64,000 nt of DNA from Minisyncoccota bacterium. GTDB taxonomy: Bacteria; Patescibacteriota; Minisyncoccia; Phycocordibacterales; UBA9973. How positions within the stretch are numbered: position 1 is the first letter of the stretch; each line of letters starts with the position of its first letter. The stretch lies in NCBI GenBank assembly GCA_035403785.1, contig DAONFW010000005.1, positions 3,045-67,044 on the forward strand, read 5' to 3'. Positions 1 to 9,095 of the stretch are shown piece after piece. The notes beneath the pieces are model-generated. The model was given only the letters and a program-made list of their open reading frames with translations. It was not told where the DNA came from and made no database searches. The position numbers and the translations under genes were made by a program.

Positions 1-456
<456 letters not shown>

Positions 457-541
457 TTATCATATTTTTCCCCATTTTAATAACATATTTAATAACTTTC
501 ACAACTTCCACCATTTTTTCTTTATGTTAGAATTGCTTTAC

Positions 542-1939
542 ATGGCAAATAATAATAAAAGAAAAAATGATCTACGTGTTCCACCTCAACACATAGATTC
601 AGAAAAAGCAGTTTTGGGTTCTATCATGTTACGCAAAGACGCAATGCATGAAGTAGAAGATATTTTAAATCCAGATTCTTTTTATGTAGAAAAACATAAA
701 ATAATTTTTAGAGTTATGCTCGAGCTTGCTTCAAAAAACGAACCAATCGACATGCTTTCTGTTTCTACAAAATTGAGTGAGCAAAAATTATTAGAAGCGA
801 TTGGTGGTAATCAGTATCTTGCAGAAATTGTAAACCTCGTGCCATCTTCTACTAACGTAAAATATTATGCTGATATTGTTTTGAAAAAATCTGTTTTGAG
901 AAATTTGATAGAAGCAGCTGATTTTGTTTCTGAATTAGCATTCGAAGAAAGCGACGATCATCTTGATGATATTTTAGATATTGCAGAAAAGAAAATGTTC
1001 AGTGTTGTTTCTTCGCCTAAAAATCAAAAATTTAGAAGTTTGAAAGAAGAATTACCCGAAGCTTTTGAAAGATTAGAAAAACTTCATGAACGCAAAGGTG
1101 AACTTCGTGGAATTCCAACAGGATTTAGAGATCTTGATATGTTGCTTTCTGGTTTGCAAAAATCTGATTTGATAATTCTAGCCGCAAGACCATCTGTCGG
1201 TAAAACAACACTTGCTCTTGATATCGCCAGAATGGCAGCAACACTACACGACAAAGCTGTCGGTATCTTTTCACTCGAAATGTCTTCACAGCAATTAGTA
1301 GACAGGTTGCTTGCCGCAGAATCACGAGTGAACGCTTTTAATTTGCGAACAGGAAAACTTTCAACAGATAAAGAATTTTCACAACTTCGCGACTCTTTGG
1401 ATAAATTATCTAAAGCAAAAATTTATATAGATGACCAGCCTGGAAGCTCTATCGTCCGCATGAAAGCTGTATCAAGAAGATTAAAAGCAGAAAAGGGCTT
1501 GGATTTAATTATCGTAGACTACTTGCAGCTCATGACCACTTCAAAAAATTACGATTCAATGGTGAACCAAGTGACTGAAATTTCAAGATCATTAAAAGGC
1601 TTAGCTAAGGAATTAAACGTGCCGGTTTTGGCTCTTTCACAGCTTTCTCGTGCCGTTGAATCTCGTGGCGGAAAACCAAGACTTTCAGACTTGCGTGACT
1701 CTGGATCTATCGAACAAGACGCAGACGTTGTAATGTTTATTCACAGAGAAGACAAAGGTAAAGACGAGTCAGAACGCACAAATATAGCTGAAATTTTGAT
1801 AGAAAAACACAGAAATGGACCAACGGGAAAAGTTGATTTGTATTTTGATGAAAAAACTACAACATTCTTGAGTTTAGAAAAAAGTAGCGTGAGCGAATTT
1901 GCTCCTTCTAAACCAGAAGACGATTTAGCAAATTTTTAA
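542..1939 (+). CDS. dnaB: Replicative DNA helicase
   Basis: PPQHIDSEKAVLG N-terminus, AARPSVGKT Walker A, IVDYLQLM, DLRDSGSIEQDAD; start placed at ATG 542 (TAGAAT 8 nt upstream) rather than 524. Confidence 0.97.
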   Translation: MANNNKRKNDLRVPPQHIDSEKAVLGSIMLRKDAMHEVEDILNPDSFYVEKHKIIFRVMLELASKNEPIDMLSVSTKLSEQKLLEAIGGNQYLAEIVNLVPSSTNVKYYADIVLKKSVLRNLIEAADFVSELAFEESDDHLDDILDIAEKKMFSVVSSPKNQKFRSLKEELPEAFERLEKLHERKGELRGIPTGFRDLDMLLSGLQKSDLIILAARPSVGKTTLALDIARMAATLHDKAVGIFSLEMSSQQLVDRLLAAESRVNAFNLRTGKLSTDKEFSQLRDSLDKLSKAKIYIDDQPGSSIVRMKAVSRRLKAEKGLDLIIVDYLQLMTTSKNYDSMVNQVTEISRSLKGLAKELNVPVLALSQLSRAVESRGGKPRLSDLRDSGSIEQDADVVMFIHREDKGKDESERTNIAEILIEKHRNGPTGKVDLYFDEKTTTFLSLEKSSVSEFAPSKPEDDLANF

Positions 1940-1977
1940 AATTAAAAAGATAAATTAAACAGAAAGAAAAAATTTAC

Positions 1978-2613
1978 ATGGACACGATAGAAAAATTAAC
2001 AGAAATATTTAAAGAGTTTCCTGGCATTGGTGAAAGACAAGCGAAAAGATTTGTTTATTTTTTAATGTATAAAAATCCAAATTATGCAGAAAATTTATCT
2101 AATTTAATTTTAGAATTAAAAAAAGAAGTCGCACAGTGTCCTGAGTGTTTCAGATTTTTCTTGAAATCAGAAAACAAAAACAAAATCTGTGATATCTGTG
2201 TTAATCCAAATATAGAAAATTCTACTTTGATGATTGTTGAAAAAGATTCTGATTTAGAAAGTGTTAGAAAAAGTAGAGTTTATCGCGGAAAATATTTTGT
2301 GCTTGGTGGGCTTGTACCGATAGTAGAGAAAAATACAAAAAGCAGAGTTCGTGTTGAAGAATTAATTAAAAAAATTTCATCCGCCTCTGGCGGGAAAAAA
2401 AATACAGAAAATAATTTAGAAGAAATAATTTTAGCTTTCTCTTTAAATCCACAAGGCGACCACACTGATTCTTACATTCGCGGACAGATTAAAAATATTT
2501 GCGAAGAAAATAATATAAAAATTTCATCACTTGGCCGCGGACTTTCCACCGGCACAGAACTGGAATATTCAGACAATGAAACCCTAAAGAACGCACTGAA
2601 AAATAGGCAATAA
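1978..2613 (+). CDS. recR: Recombination mediator RecR
   Basis: PGIGERQAKR HhH, CxxC..CxxC zinc finger, Toprim region, GTELEY. Confidence 0.93.
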   Translation: MDTIEKLTEIFKEFPGIGERQAKRFVYFLMYKNPNYAENLSNLILELKKEVAQCPECFRFFLKSENKNKICDICVNPNIENSTLMIVEKDSDLESVRKSRVYRGKYFVLGGLVPIVEKNTKSRVRVEELIKKISSASGGKKNTENNLEEIILAFSLNPQGDHTDSYIRGQIKNICEENNIKISSLGRGLSTGTELEYSDNETLKNALKNRQ

Positions 2614-2623
2614 AAATACAAAT

Positions 2624-2652
2624 AAAAAAAAACCGCTCTCGCGGGTTTTTTT
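2624..2652. terminator. Bidirectional intrinsic terminator between convergent recR and rplU
   Basis: A-run, GC hairpin (aaccgctctcgcgggtt), T-run. Confidence 0.75.
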
Positions 2653-2654
2653 AT

Positions 2655-2972
2655 TTATTTTATAGAAAGTATTTTTACTTTGAAGAATGGCTGTCTGTGT
2701 CCGTTTCTCTTCAAGTATCTTGATTTCTGTTTATATTTTACAACTAGCACTTTTCTTGTTCTGCCGATTTCTACTATCTCTGCTTCTACTTTTGCGCCAG
2801 AAATAACTGGAGTTCCAATTGTTGTATCTTTCCCATCATCAACTAATAAAACTTGATCGAAAACAACTTTGTCTCCTACTTTATAATCGCCTTTAATTTT
2901 CTCAATACGAACAAGGTCTCCTTTTGAGACTTTGTACTGTTTTCCTCCTGTTTTTATTACTGCGAATTCCAT
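2655..2972 (-). CDS. rplU: 50S ribosomal protein bL21
   Basis: AVIKTGGKQYKV...GHRQPF signature. Confidence 0.97.
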   Translation of the reverse strand: MEFAVIKTGGKQYKVSKGDLVRIEKIKGDYKVGDKVVFDQVLLVDDGKDTTIGTPVISGAKVEAEIVEIGRTRKVLVVKYKQKSRYLKRNGHRQPFFKVKILSIK

Positions 2973-3028
2973 AAAGACTATATTATCAAAATTTTGAGAA
3001 AATGCAAGTATTTTGCTATAATTTCTCT

Positions 3029-4054
3029 ATGCAAACAAAAAGTTTAGAAAGGTATTTCTTTTTCGGCCTTTTATTATTAACCTTAATTTTCACGTTTTTT
3101 ATATTTAAACCGTTTTGGATAGTTATAGTATTGGGAGCTTCTTTTTCAGTTGTTTTAGCTCCTATACACAAATGGCTTTTACAGGAAAAAGTTCCAAACT
3201 GGCTATCTGCTTTTCTTACTACTTTATTTTTCTTTTTAATAATCTGCTTACCGTTGTTCGGCTTAGGAACTTTAATTTTTGATCAATCCCAAGATCTTTA
3301 TTACCAAATAATAAGCGGCCAAAAAATTATACCAACGGCTGATTCTATAAACAGTTCGATAAACTCTTACTTGCCTCACGGTTTAAGTTTTGACATAAAC
3401 GAAAAAGCTTCTAGCTTTGTTACTTTTATAACAAATAACGTGTCAAAAATATTCAGTACTACCCTTTCAACTTTATTCTCTTTTATTTTAATTCTTTTGA
3501 GTATTTTTTATTTCTTAAAAGATGGAGAAAGATGGGAAAGAGCTTTGGTTAAATTAAGTCCACTTTCTGATTCTGACGACAAAAAAATAATTCACAGATT
3601 ATCTCAAACAATTAACGGAGTGATAAAAGGTTATATTCTAATTGCTCTTATTCAAGGACTTTTGATGGGACTAGGACTTTATTTCTTCGGTGTGCCAAAT
3701 CCAGCATTTTGGGGAGTTGTCGCAGCAATAGCATCTTTGATTCCATCAATCGGAACGGCGCTTATTTCTGTCCCAGCAGTATTATATTTGTTCTTAGGAG
3801 GACATTTAATTCCAGCAATAGGTTTAGCAATTTGGGCAGCAGTATTAGTTGGTCTAATAGATAACTTACTAAGTCCATATATCGTAAGCAGTAAAATAAA
3901 AATTCCTGCCTTCTTAATTCTATTTTCAGTACTAGGTGGCGTTGTTCTGCTAGGTCCTGTGGGAATTTTGATTGGTCCACTTGCTATGAGTTTGTTATTT
4001 ACTCTAATTTCTATTTACCGAAACGAATTTAAAAATGATATTTTAATCAAATAA
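3029..4054 (+). CDS. AI-2E family transporter
   Basis: Multi-TM protein with IDNLLSPY and GPVGILIGP motifs; start moved to ATG 3029 (TATAAT at 3017-3022). Confidence 0.88.
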   Translation: MQTKSLERYFFFGLLLLTLIFTFFIFKPFWIVIVLGASFSVVLAPIHKWLLQEKVPNWLSAFLTTLFFFLIICLPLFGLGTLIFDQSQDLYYQIISGQKIIPTADSINSSINSYLPHGLSFDINEKASSFVTFITNNVSKIFSTTLSTLFSFILILLSIFYFLKDGERWERALVKLSPLSDSDDKKIIHRLSQTINGVIKGYILIALIQGLLMGLGLYFFGVPNPAFWGVVAAIASLIPSIGTALISVPAVLYLFLGGHLIPAIGLAIWAAVLVGLIDNLLSPYIVSSKIKIPAFLILFSVLGGVVLLGPVGILIGPLAMSLLFTLISIYRNEFKNDILIK

Positions 4055-4065
4055 TTTAACTAAAA

Positions 4066-5445
4066 ATGCCCTTAAAATTTTACAACACACTGACTAGAAA
4101 AATAGAAGAATTCACGCCAATAAAACCTGGCGAAGTAAAAATGTATTCTTGCGGCCCAACTGTATATAATTACGCGCATATTGGAAATTTACGCGCTTAT
4201 GTTTTTGCTGACATTTTACGCAAGACTTTAAAATATAATAATTTAAAAGTCACGCAAATCATGAACATTACAGACATCGGGCATCTTTCTAGCGACGCAG
4301 ATTCTGGTGATGACAAAATGACAAAAGGCCTACTGCGCGAAGGAAAAGAATTGAATCTAAAAAACATGCGCGAGCTTGCAGAATTTTATGCTGAAAAGTT
4401 TAAAGAAGACATAACTACGCTAAATATAAATTTACCAGACGGAATGTACTACGCGAGTGATTATGTGCAAGAAGATATTGATTTGATAAAAAAATTAGAA
4501 GAGAAAAATTTTACTTATAAAACTTCTGACGGAATTTATTTTGATACTGCAAAAATGCCAGACTATGGCGTACTCTGGAGTGGTAAAAGAGTTCATTCAG
4601 AAGAAGACTCAAGAATTGCAAAAAATGCTGAGAAAAAAAATCCAGAAGATTTTGCGCTTTGGAAATTTAATAATCAAATCGGCTTTGAATCCCCATTTGG
4701 AAAAGGCTTCCCTGGTTGGCACATAGAATGTTCTGCCATGAGTATGAAATTTCTTGGCGAGCAATTCGATATTCACACGGGTGGCGTAGATCATATTTCA
4801 ATTCATCACACAAATGAAATAGCTCAATCAGAATGCGCAACTGGAAAAAAACCATTTGTTAAATTCTGGCTGCATAATGAATTCGTAGATATCGGCGGTG
4901 CAAAAATGGCAAAATCTGACGATAATTTCTTAAAATTAAGTAGTTTAAAAGAAAAAAACTTTAACCCGATCGCCTATCGATTTTGGCTTTTAATGGCTAA
5001 TTACCGTACAAAAGTTAATTTCAATTGGGAAGCCTTAGAGGGCGCAGAAACGGCTTTAAAACGTCTTTTTAGGCTTTATATGAGCCTTGGAGAAGCTATT
5101 GGAAACATAAATACTGAATATCAAAAAAAGTTTAAAGAATATATATCAGATGATTTAGACACACCAAAAGCTCTGGTTTTGCTTTGGGATTTAATAAAGG
5201 ATGATAACATTTCTAATCCAGACAAAAAAGCTACTATTCTAGATTTTGATAAAGTTCTAGGCTTAGGTTTTGCTAATTTAAAAGAAGAAAAAATTCCAGA
5301 AGAAATTTTGAAATTAGTAGCAGAGCGTGAAGAAGCTCGCAAAAATAAAGATTTTAAAAAATCAGACGAGTTAAGAGACAAAATAATTTTACTTGGTTAT
5401 GAAATAAAAGATACTCCTGAGGGATACAAAATAGAAAAAATATAA
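4066..5445 (+). CDS. cysS: Cysteinyl-tRNA synthetase
   Basis: CGPTVYNYAHIGN, PGWHIECSAM, KMAKS motifs. Confidence 0.97.
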   Translation: MPLKFYNTLTRKIEEFTPIKPGEVKMYSCGPTVYNYAHIGNLRAYVFADILRKTLKYNNLKVTQIMNITDIGHLSSDADSGDDKMTKGLLREGKELNLKNMRELAEFYAEKFKEDITTLNINLPDGMYYASDYVQEDIDLIKKLEEKNFTYKTSDGIYFDTAKMPDYGVLWSGKRVHSEEDSRIAKNAEKKNPEDFALWKFNNQIGFESPFGKGFPGWHIECSAMSMKFLGEQFDIHTGGVDHISIHHTNEIAQSECATGKKPFVKFWLHNEFVDIGGAKMAKSDDNFLKLSSLKEKNFNPIAYRFWLLMANYRTKVNFNWEALEGAETALKRLFRLYMSLGEAIGNINTEYQKKFKEYISDDLDTPKALVLLWDLIKDDNISNPDKKATILDFDKVLGLGFANLKEEKIPEEILKLVAEREEARKNKDFKKSDELRDKIILLGYEIKDTPEGYKIEKI

Positions 5446-5451
5446 AAATTT

Positions 5452-6537
5452 TTACTCCCCTAATTTCTTCACCAGATTATAACTATTCGCATGACTAAAA
5501 TGTCCAAAATAAGACTTTATCATAGGAATACTATCTATAGAAAAAAGACCGTCTTTATTATTTCTTTGTTCATATAACTTTTTCTTGAATCTCTTTACAA
5601 CTTTCTGCCTTACAAGTGTATGCGTAGTTTTTATATAATATCCCAAAAAATCTACTCCCATCCTAGTTTCTTGTAACACAATCTTCCTCGGGTGAATTTT
5701 TAAACTAAGATTTATTTGTAAAAAATTATCTATAATTGGAATAACAGACTTAAGTTTATCTTTTGAATTATCAATAATAATAAAGTCATCTACATATCTT
5801 ATATAATTATCATATCCGAGATTTTTAGTTACAAATTGATCAAGTTCATTAAGATATATATTTGCAAAAAATTGAGAAGTTAAATTGCCTATTGGCAAAC
5901 CTAATTCCCCAGAATAAAATAGTGATTTACTTTTAGGAATTGAGTTTTTTAAAATAGTCTTTCCTTTATAAACAAAATTCTTCGTTGGATTGTTAAAAAT
6001 AATCATCTTTATTAACCATAAAATATCAGACTCCCACTCTATGGAATTTTCTTTTATAGAACTACTACATTTTATTTTCTCTTCCAAAAGATTATATAAA
6101 ATACTTTTATTAATAGATCGAAAGAAACTCTGTATATCTAATTTTAAATACCACTGTTTACTATTCCATAATTTTGTTTGTCTCATATTCTCTCGAAGTT
6201 TATTCACAGCACTGTGAGTTCCCTTATCTATTCTATTAGCATATGAATCAGAAATAAAATCAGAATCAAAAATATTATATAGTTCTTTATATACTAAATG
6301 GTGTACTATTCTATCTCTAAAATCAGCTGCGAATATTTCTCGAGCTGTTGGAACAGTTGTTATAAAATAAATATATCTAGATATTTTATATTGTCTTGTT
6401 TTTAAATCATTTAAAAGTTTCAACAAATTTTTTTCTCTATCAATTTCAAAAGTTAAAGCATTGTGAGTATTCTTTTTACCTTTTTTACATTCATTATAAG
6501 CAACATAAAGTTTTTCTAGTGTAAAAATAGAAGACAT
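5452..6537 (-). CDS. DGR reverse transcriptase
   Basis: FRDRIVHH, GLPIGNLTSQFFANIYLNELD, YIRYVDDF, GVDFLGY; no maturase or endonuclease extension; adjacent to TR and avd. Confidence 0.95.
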   Translation of the reverse strand: MSSIFTLEKLYVAYNECKKGKKNTHNALTFEIDREKNLLKLLNDLKTRQYKISRYIYFITTVPTAREIFAADFRDRIVHHLVYKELYNIFDSDFISDSYANRIDKGTHSAVNKLRENMRQTKLWNSKQWYLKLDIQSFFRSINKSILYNLLEEKIKCSSSIKENSIEWESDILWLIKMIIFNNPTKNFVYKGKTILKNSIPKSKSLFYSGELGLPIGNLTSQFFANIYLNELDQFVTKNLGYDNYIRYVDDFIIIDNSKDKLKSVIPIIDNFLQINLSLKIHPRKIVLQETRMGVDFLGYYIKTTHTLVRQKVVKRFKKKLYEQRNNKDGLFSIDSIPMIKSYFGHFSHANSYNLVKKLGE

Positions 6538-6567
6538 AAAATAAAACGAGGGCTAGAGGTGGGAGTG

Positions 6568-6699
6568 CTTGGACGCAACGAATATTATTGTTGTTGTTCT
6601 TATTGTTGTTGTTCGTGTTGCCATTCGACAAATTGACTTTCCATGCATTGTTAGCATTGTTCGAATTGGTAGTAGCGGACCAATAATTGCGGTCAACTC
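6568..6699 (-). repeat. DGR template repeat (TR), 132 bp
   Basis: Ungapped match to 7344-7475; AAC/AAT-rich on the minus strand (18 AAY codons in the target frame); non-coding position between avd and RT. Confidence 0.96.
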
Positions 6700-6834
6700 T
6701 TCAACATTAAAAGTTTCTGACTATCCATAAATCATATACATCTATCCTCTACCTTAAAATAGAGAGCAGAAACTGAATTCCCAAATCCACACTTTTTCAT
6801 TCGCAAATGAAAAATTCTGGGGAGGTATTATTGT

Positions 6835-7188
6835 TTAAATAACACTTTTCCTCCAGCCCTCGGCTTGCTTTGAAAGAGCCACAGATTTCTCTACTAAATA
6901 CAGATAGCTTTTCTCTCCACCCAATTGTTTCAATTCGTTCGCAATTCTTAAATTTATAATTATAGATTCAGACAACCATATTAGATTATCAAGTAATTCT
7001 TTTCTGATTTTTAATTCTCTATTATTATTTATTTCAAGAATAAGTCTTATTATTTCTATATTTGATTTTATTATTTCCCCACCAAGTAAATATTTATATT
7101 GCTTTCCAAATTTTGGTATCCTTTCGTACATTTCTCGAAGTAAACTAAATGCTGTGTTGTATATCGGCAAGTGAGAATATTGAGCCAT
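6835..7188 (-). CDS. avd: Avd-like accessory protein (four-helix bundle)
   Basis: 117 aa, MAQYSHLPIY...PKFGKQYKYLLGGEI...KQAEGW; located between target and TR. Confidence 0.85.
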   Translation of the reverse strand: MAQYSHLPIYNTAFSLLREMYERIPKFGKQYKYLLGGEIIKSNIEIIRLILEINNNRELKIRKELLDNLIWLSESIIINLRIANELKQLGGEKSYLYLVEKSVALSKQAEGWRKSVI

Positions 7189-7262
7189 TTTATATTAAAA
7201 TTTTATTTTAATTAATAATATTAAACTAAACTATCCAAATCTAATTTAATCTTTAAAATTCA

Positions 7263-7296
7263 CTTCCCTTTTTCTCCTATGGTAGAAAAAGGGAAG
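7263..7296. promoter_or_regulatory. Hairpin/cruciform downstream of VR (DGR targeting cis-element and/or terminator)
   Basis: Perfect 13-bp stem cttccctttttct/agaaaaagggaag with 8-nt loop, about 42 nt after the target stop codon. Confidence 0.75.
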
Positions 7297-7338
7297 GAAT
7301 TCCCAAAGATTCAAATAACCAAATAACCAAATCACAAA

Positions 7339-8295
7339 CTATTCTTGGACGCAACGAATAACCCTGCTGTAGTACTTACCGTTGCTGCCCGTGTAGCCAT
7401 GCGACAAATAGACTTCCCATGCATCGTTAGCATTGTACGAACTGGTAGTAGCGGACCAATAAAGGCGGCCAACTCCTTGGGGTTCCAAGTTACCATACGA
7501 TCCATCAATGTAAGCTTGCATAAGTTGCTTCTGATGAGGGAGTGACCACCCAGCATGAGAAGAACAAAGCTCGTAAGCTGTTTTACCATTATTATCTGAT
7601 TTTGAATTATCCCAAGAGTAGTATGTATCTGTGTTCCAATAAGCACAGTCACCATCAGCAACACATCCTGCTGTTAGAGTTGCTGAGTTGGTTTCAGTAT
7701 CCCAAGATGCCCCACCGAGTCCAGTAAGAGGATAACTCCAAACTAAACCGGTAGCTTCGTCTTTTGCATTTGCTCCTGCATCACCTGTTCCACAATAATT
7801 ATTTCCAAGATTACAAGTTATCCAGGTAGTTTCATATCTACCTGCTGGTGGAGTTTGAGCTAGATTACCAGTTGTATCATAGTTGGCATCATCTATTCCT
7901 CCTTGTGCTTGAGTTCCTCCAGGAAATTCACTGCCACCAGGACAAGCTGCACCAATAGTACAAGAACCGTTAAACATATTAGATAAATCAACACCACCCA
8001 CTGAAGCTAGTGCCGTCTCCACCGCTTCATAAACTTGAGTAAGAGTTACTCCAGTTTCAGAAAGAGCAGGGGTTGTTTCTATGGTTCCACTCCCTTCAGT
8101 GGCAGGGGTGCCACTAGTTGCTAAATCATAAATATCTTGGAGACTGTACATAGTATCAGCTACAGGACCGGGTGGTACAAGTTTAGATGCAGCATAGGTT
8201 ACCGTTACTCCCACTAATACAGCAATCACGAGATATGGAATATATTTAATCCCGAACGAAATTTTGTTTTTTAAGATTGTTTTAATTTTATTCAT
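7339..8295 (-). CDS. DGR target protein: N-terminal membrane anchor/signal, C-terminal DUF1566/CLec-like variable domain
   Basis: Hydrophobic N-terminus; DEATGLVWS, WSLPHQKQL, YWSATT, AWEV, IRCV motifs; VR encodes the last ~43 residues. Confidence 0.9.
   Translation of the reverse strand: MNKIKTILKNKISFGIKYIPYLVIAVLVGVTVTYAASKLVPPGPVADTMYSLQDIYDLATSGTPATEGSGTIETTPALSETGVTLTQVYEAVETALASVGGVDLSNMFNGSCTIGAACPGGSEFPGGTQAQGGIDDANYDTTGNLAQTPPAGRYETTWITCNLGNNYCGTGDAGANAKDEATGLVWSYPLTGLGGASWDTETNSATLTAGCVADGDCAYWNTDTYYSWDNSKSDNNGKTAYELCSSHAGWSLPHQKQLMQAYIDGSYGNLEPQGVGRLYWSATTSSYNANDAWEVYLSHGYTGSNGKYYSRVIRCVQE
7344..7475 (-). repeat. DGR variable repeat (VR), 132 bp
   Basis: 22 mismatches to TR, 21 at TR adenines; at the 3' end of the target CDS. 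Confidence 0.96.
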
Positions 8296-8325
8296 ATAAT
8301 ATATTAATTAATTTTTAATAATTTA

Positions 8326-8353
8326 ATCCCGTTTGTTAAATTTCTAACGGGAT
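8326..8353. repeat. Short ATCCCGTT...AACGGGAT inverted-repeat element (family member)
   Basis: 8340-8353 atttctaacgggat is identical to the 14-bp arm at 59493-59506; the other arm is degenerate. Confidence 0.7.
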
Positions 8354-8356
8354 AAG

Positions 8357-8977
8357 TTATTTTTTTTCATTATTAAGTTGATTAATAATTCCTCTGGTAA
8401 TGGGACCGACAATACCATCGGGTTTTAATTTGTTTTTAGTTTGGAATGCTTTGACTGCTTTGTCAGTAAGTTTTCCAAATAATGTGGTTTCATGTCCTGT
8501 TGAACCAAATCCTGTTTGAGTTAGTGAAAAGCCATGAGTGTTTAAGAATACTTGAAGTGCTTTAACATCAGTTCCTATCATTTTGAGTTTTAAAGTTCTT
8601 TCGAGTAATGGTGGTGTTACTGTTGATGTAGGATTTTCTGTAGGAGTAACTACTGGAAGATTTGCTTTTGATCCATAACCTGGCAAATAACTACCGGAAG
8701 AAGTGTGGTGAGTTCTAGTACTGGCTGGTCTCCAGTCAGTGGTTACTATGTTTGTATTATCTTTATCAAAAGTGATCCAACCGATGTTTTCACCATAAGC
8801 GGCTCCGGTGAAGTAACCATGGTTGTCTATGGTAACATTTGAGAAGTCTACCCAACCTATGTTTTCACCCCAAGCGTAACCGGTGACAGTTCCGTTAGTG
8901 GTAGAAGCGAAAGCTTGAGTGGAAATGATTAGAAATGAGAATAGAAAGATTGTTAGTAATGTTAGTTTATTTTTCAT
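8357..8977 (-). CDS. Secreted/surface protein with two GENIGW repeats and a C-terminal peptidoglycan-binding domain
   Basis: Signal peptide; GYAWGENIGWVDF / GAAYGENIGWITF; DVKALQVFLN...FGKLTDKAVKAFQ...DGIVGPIT. Confidence 0.85.
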   Translation of the reverse strand: MKNKLTLLTIFLFSFLIISTQAFASTTNGTVTGYAWGENIGWVDFSNVTIDNHGYFTGAAYGENIGWITFDKDNTNIVTTDWRPASTRTHHTSSGSYLPGYGSKANLPVVTPTENPTSTVTPPLLERTLKLKMIGTDVKALQVFLNTHGFSLTQTGFGSTGHETTLFGKLTDKAVKAFQTKNKLKPDGIVGPITRGIINQLNNEKK

Positions 8978-9045
8978 AATTACATAATCTTTAAATCCAC
9001 ACTTTTAGTGGGACAAGTTAATTGATAATATTTGTAACTAAATAC

Positions 9046-9079
9046 ATTATAACCTATATATATATATATATATATTCAA
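9046..9079 (-). promoter_or_regulatory. Putative sigma70 promoter (TTGAAT-22 nt-TATAAT) with (TA)10 in the spacer
   Basis: attata 9046-9051, (TA)10 9055-9074, attcaa 9074-9079; upstream of the surface-protein/DGR genes. Confidence 0.55.
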
Positions 9080-9095
9080 AATAGACTGGGGATAA

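Larger units (their letters stand above)
5452..8295 (-). mobile_element. Diversity-generating retroelement (target/VR - hairpin - avd - TR - RT)
   Basis: All canonical components are co-oriented on the minus strand; adenine-specific TR/VR mismatches. Confidence 0.96.

Noticed and set aside
5452-6537. RT as group II intron, retron or Abi RT
   Set aside because: No interrupted gene or maturase/endonuclease extension; the adjacent avd and A-specific TR/VR pair explain it as a DGR.
6585-6620. (GTT)n simple repeat as a microsatellite
   Set aside because: It is the AAC-codon-rich part of the DGR TR.
7332-7664. Alternative ORFs overlapping the DGR target (7332-7664, 7345-7545, 7542-7727)
   Set aside because: Shadow frames of the target gene with no motif support.
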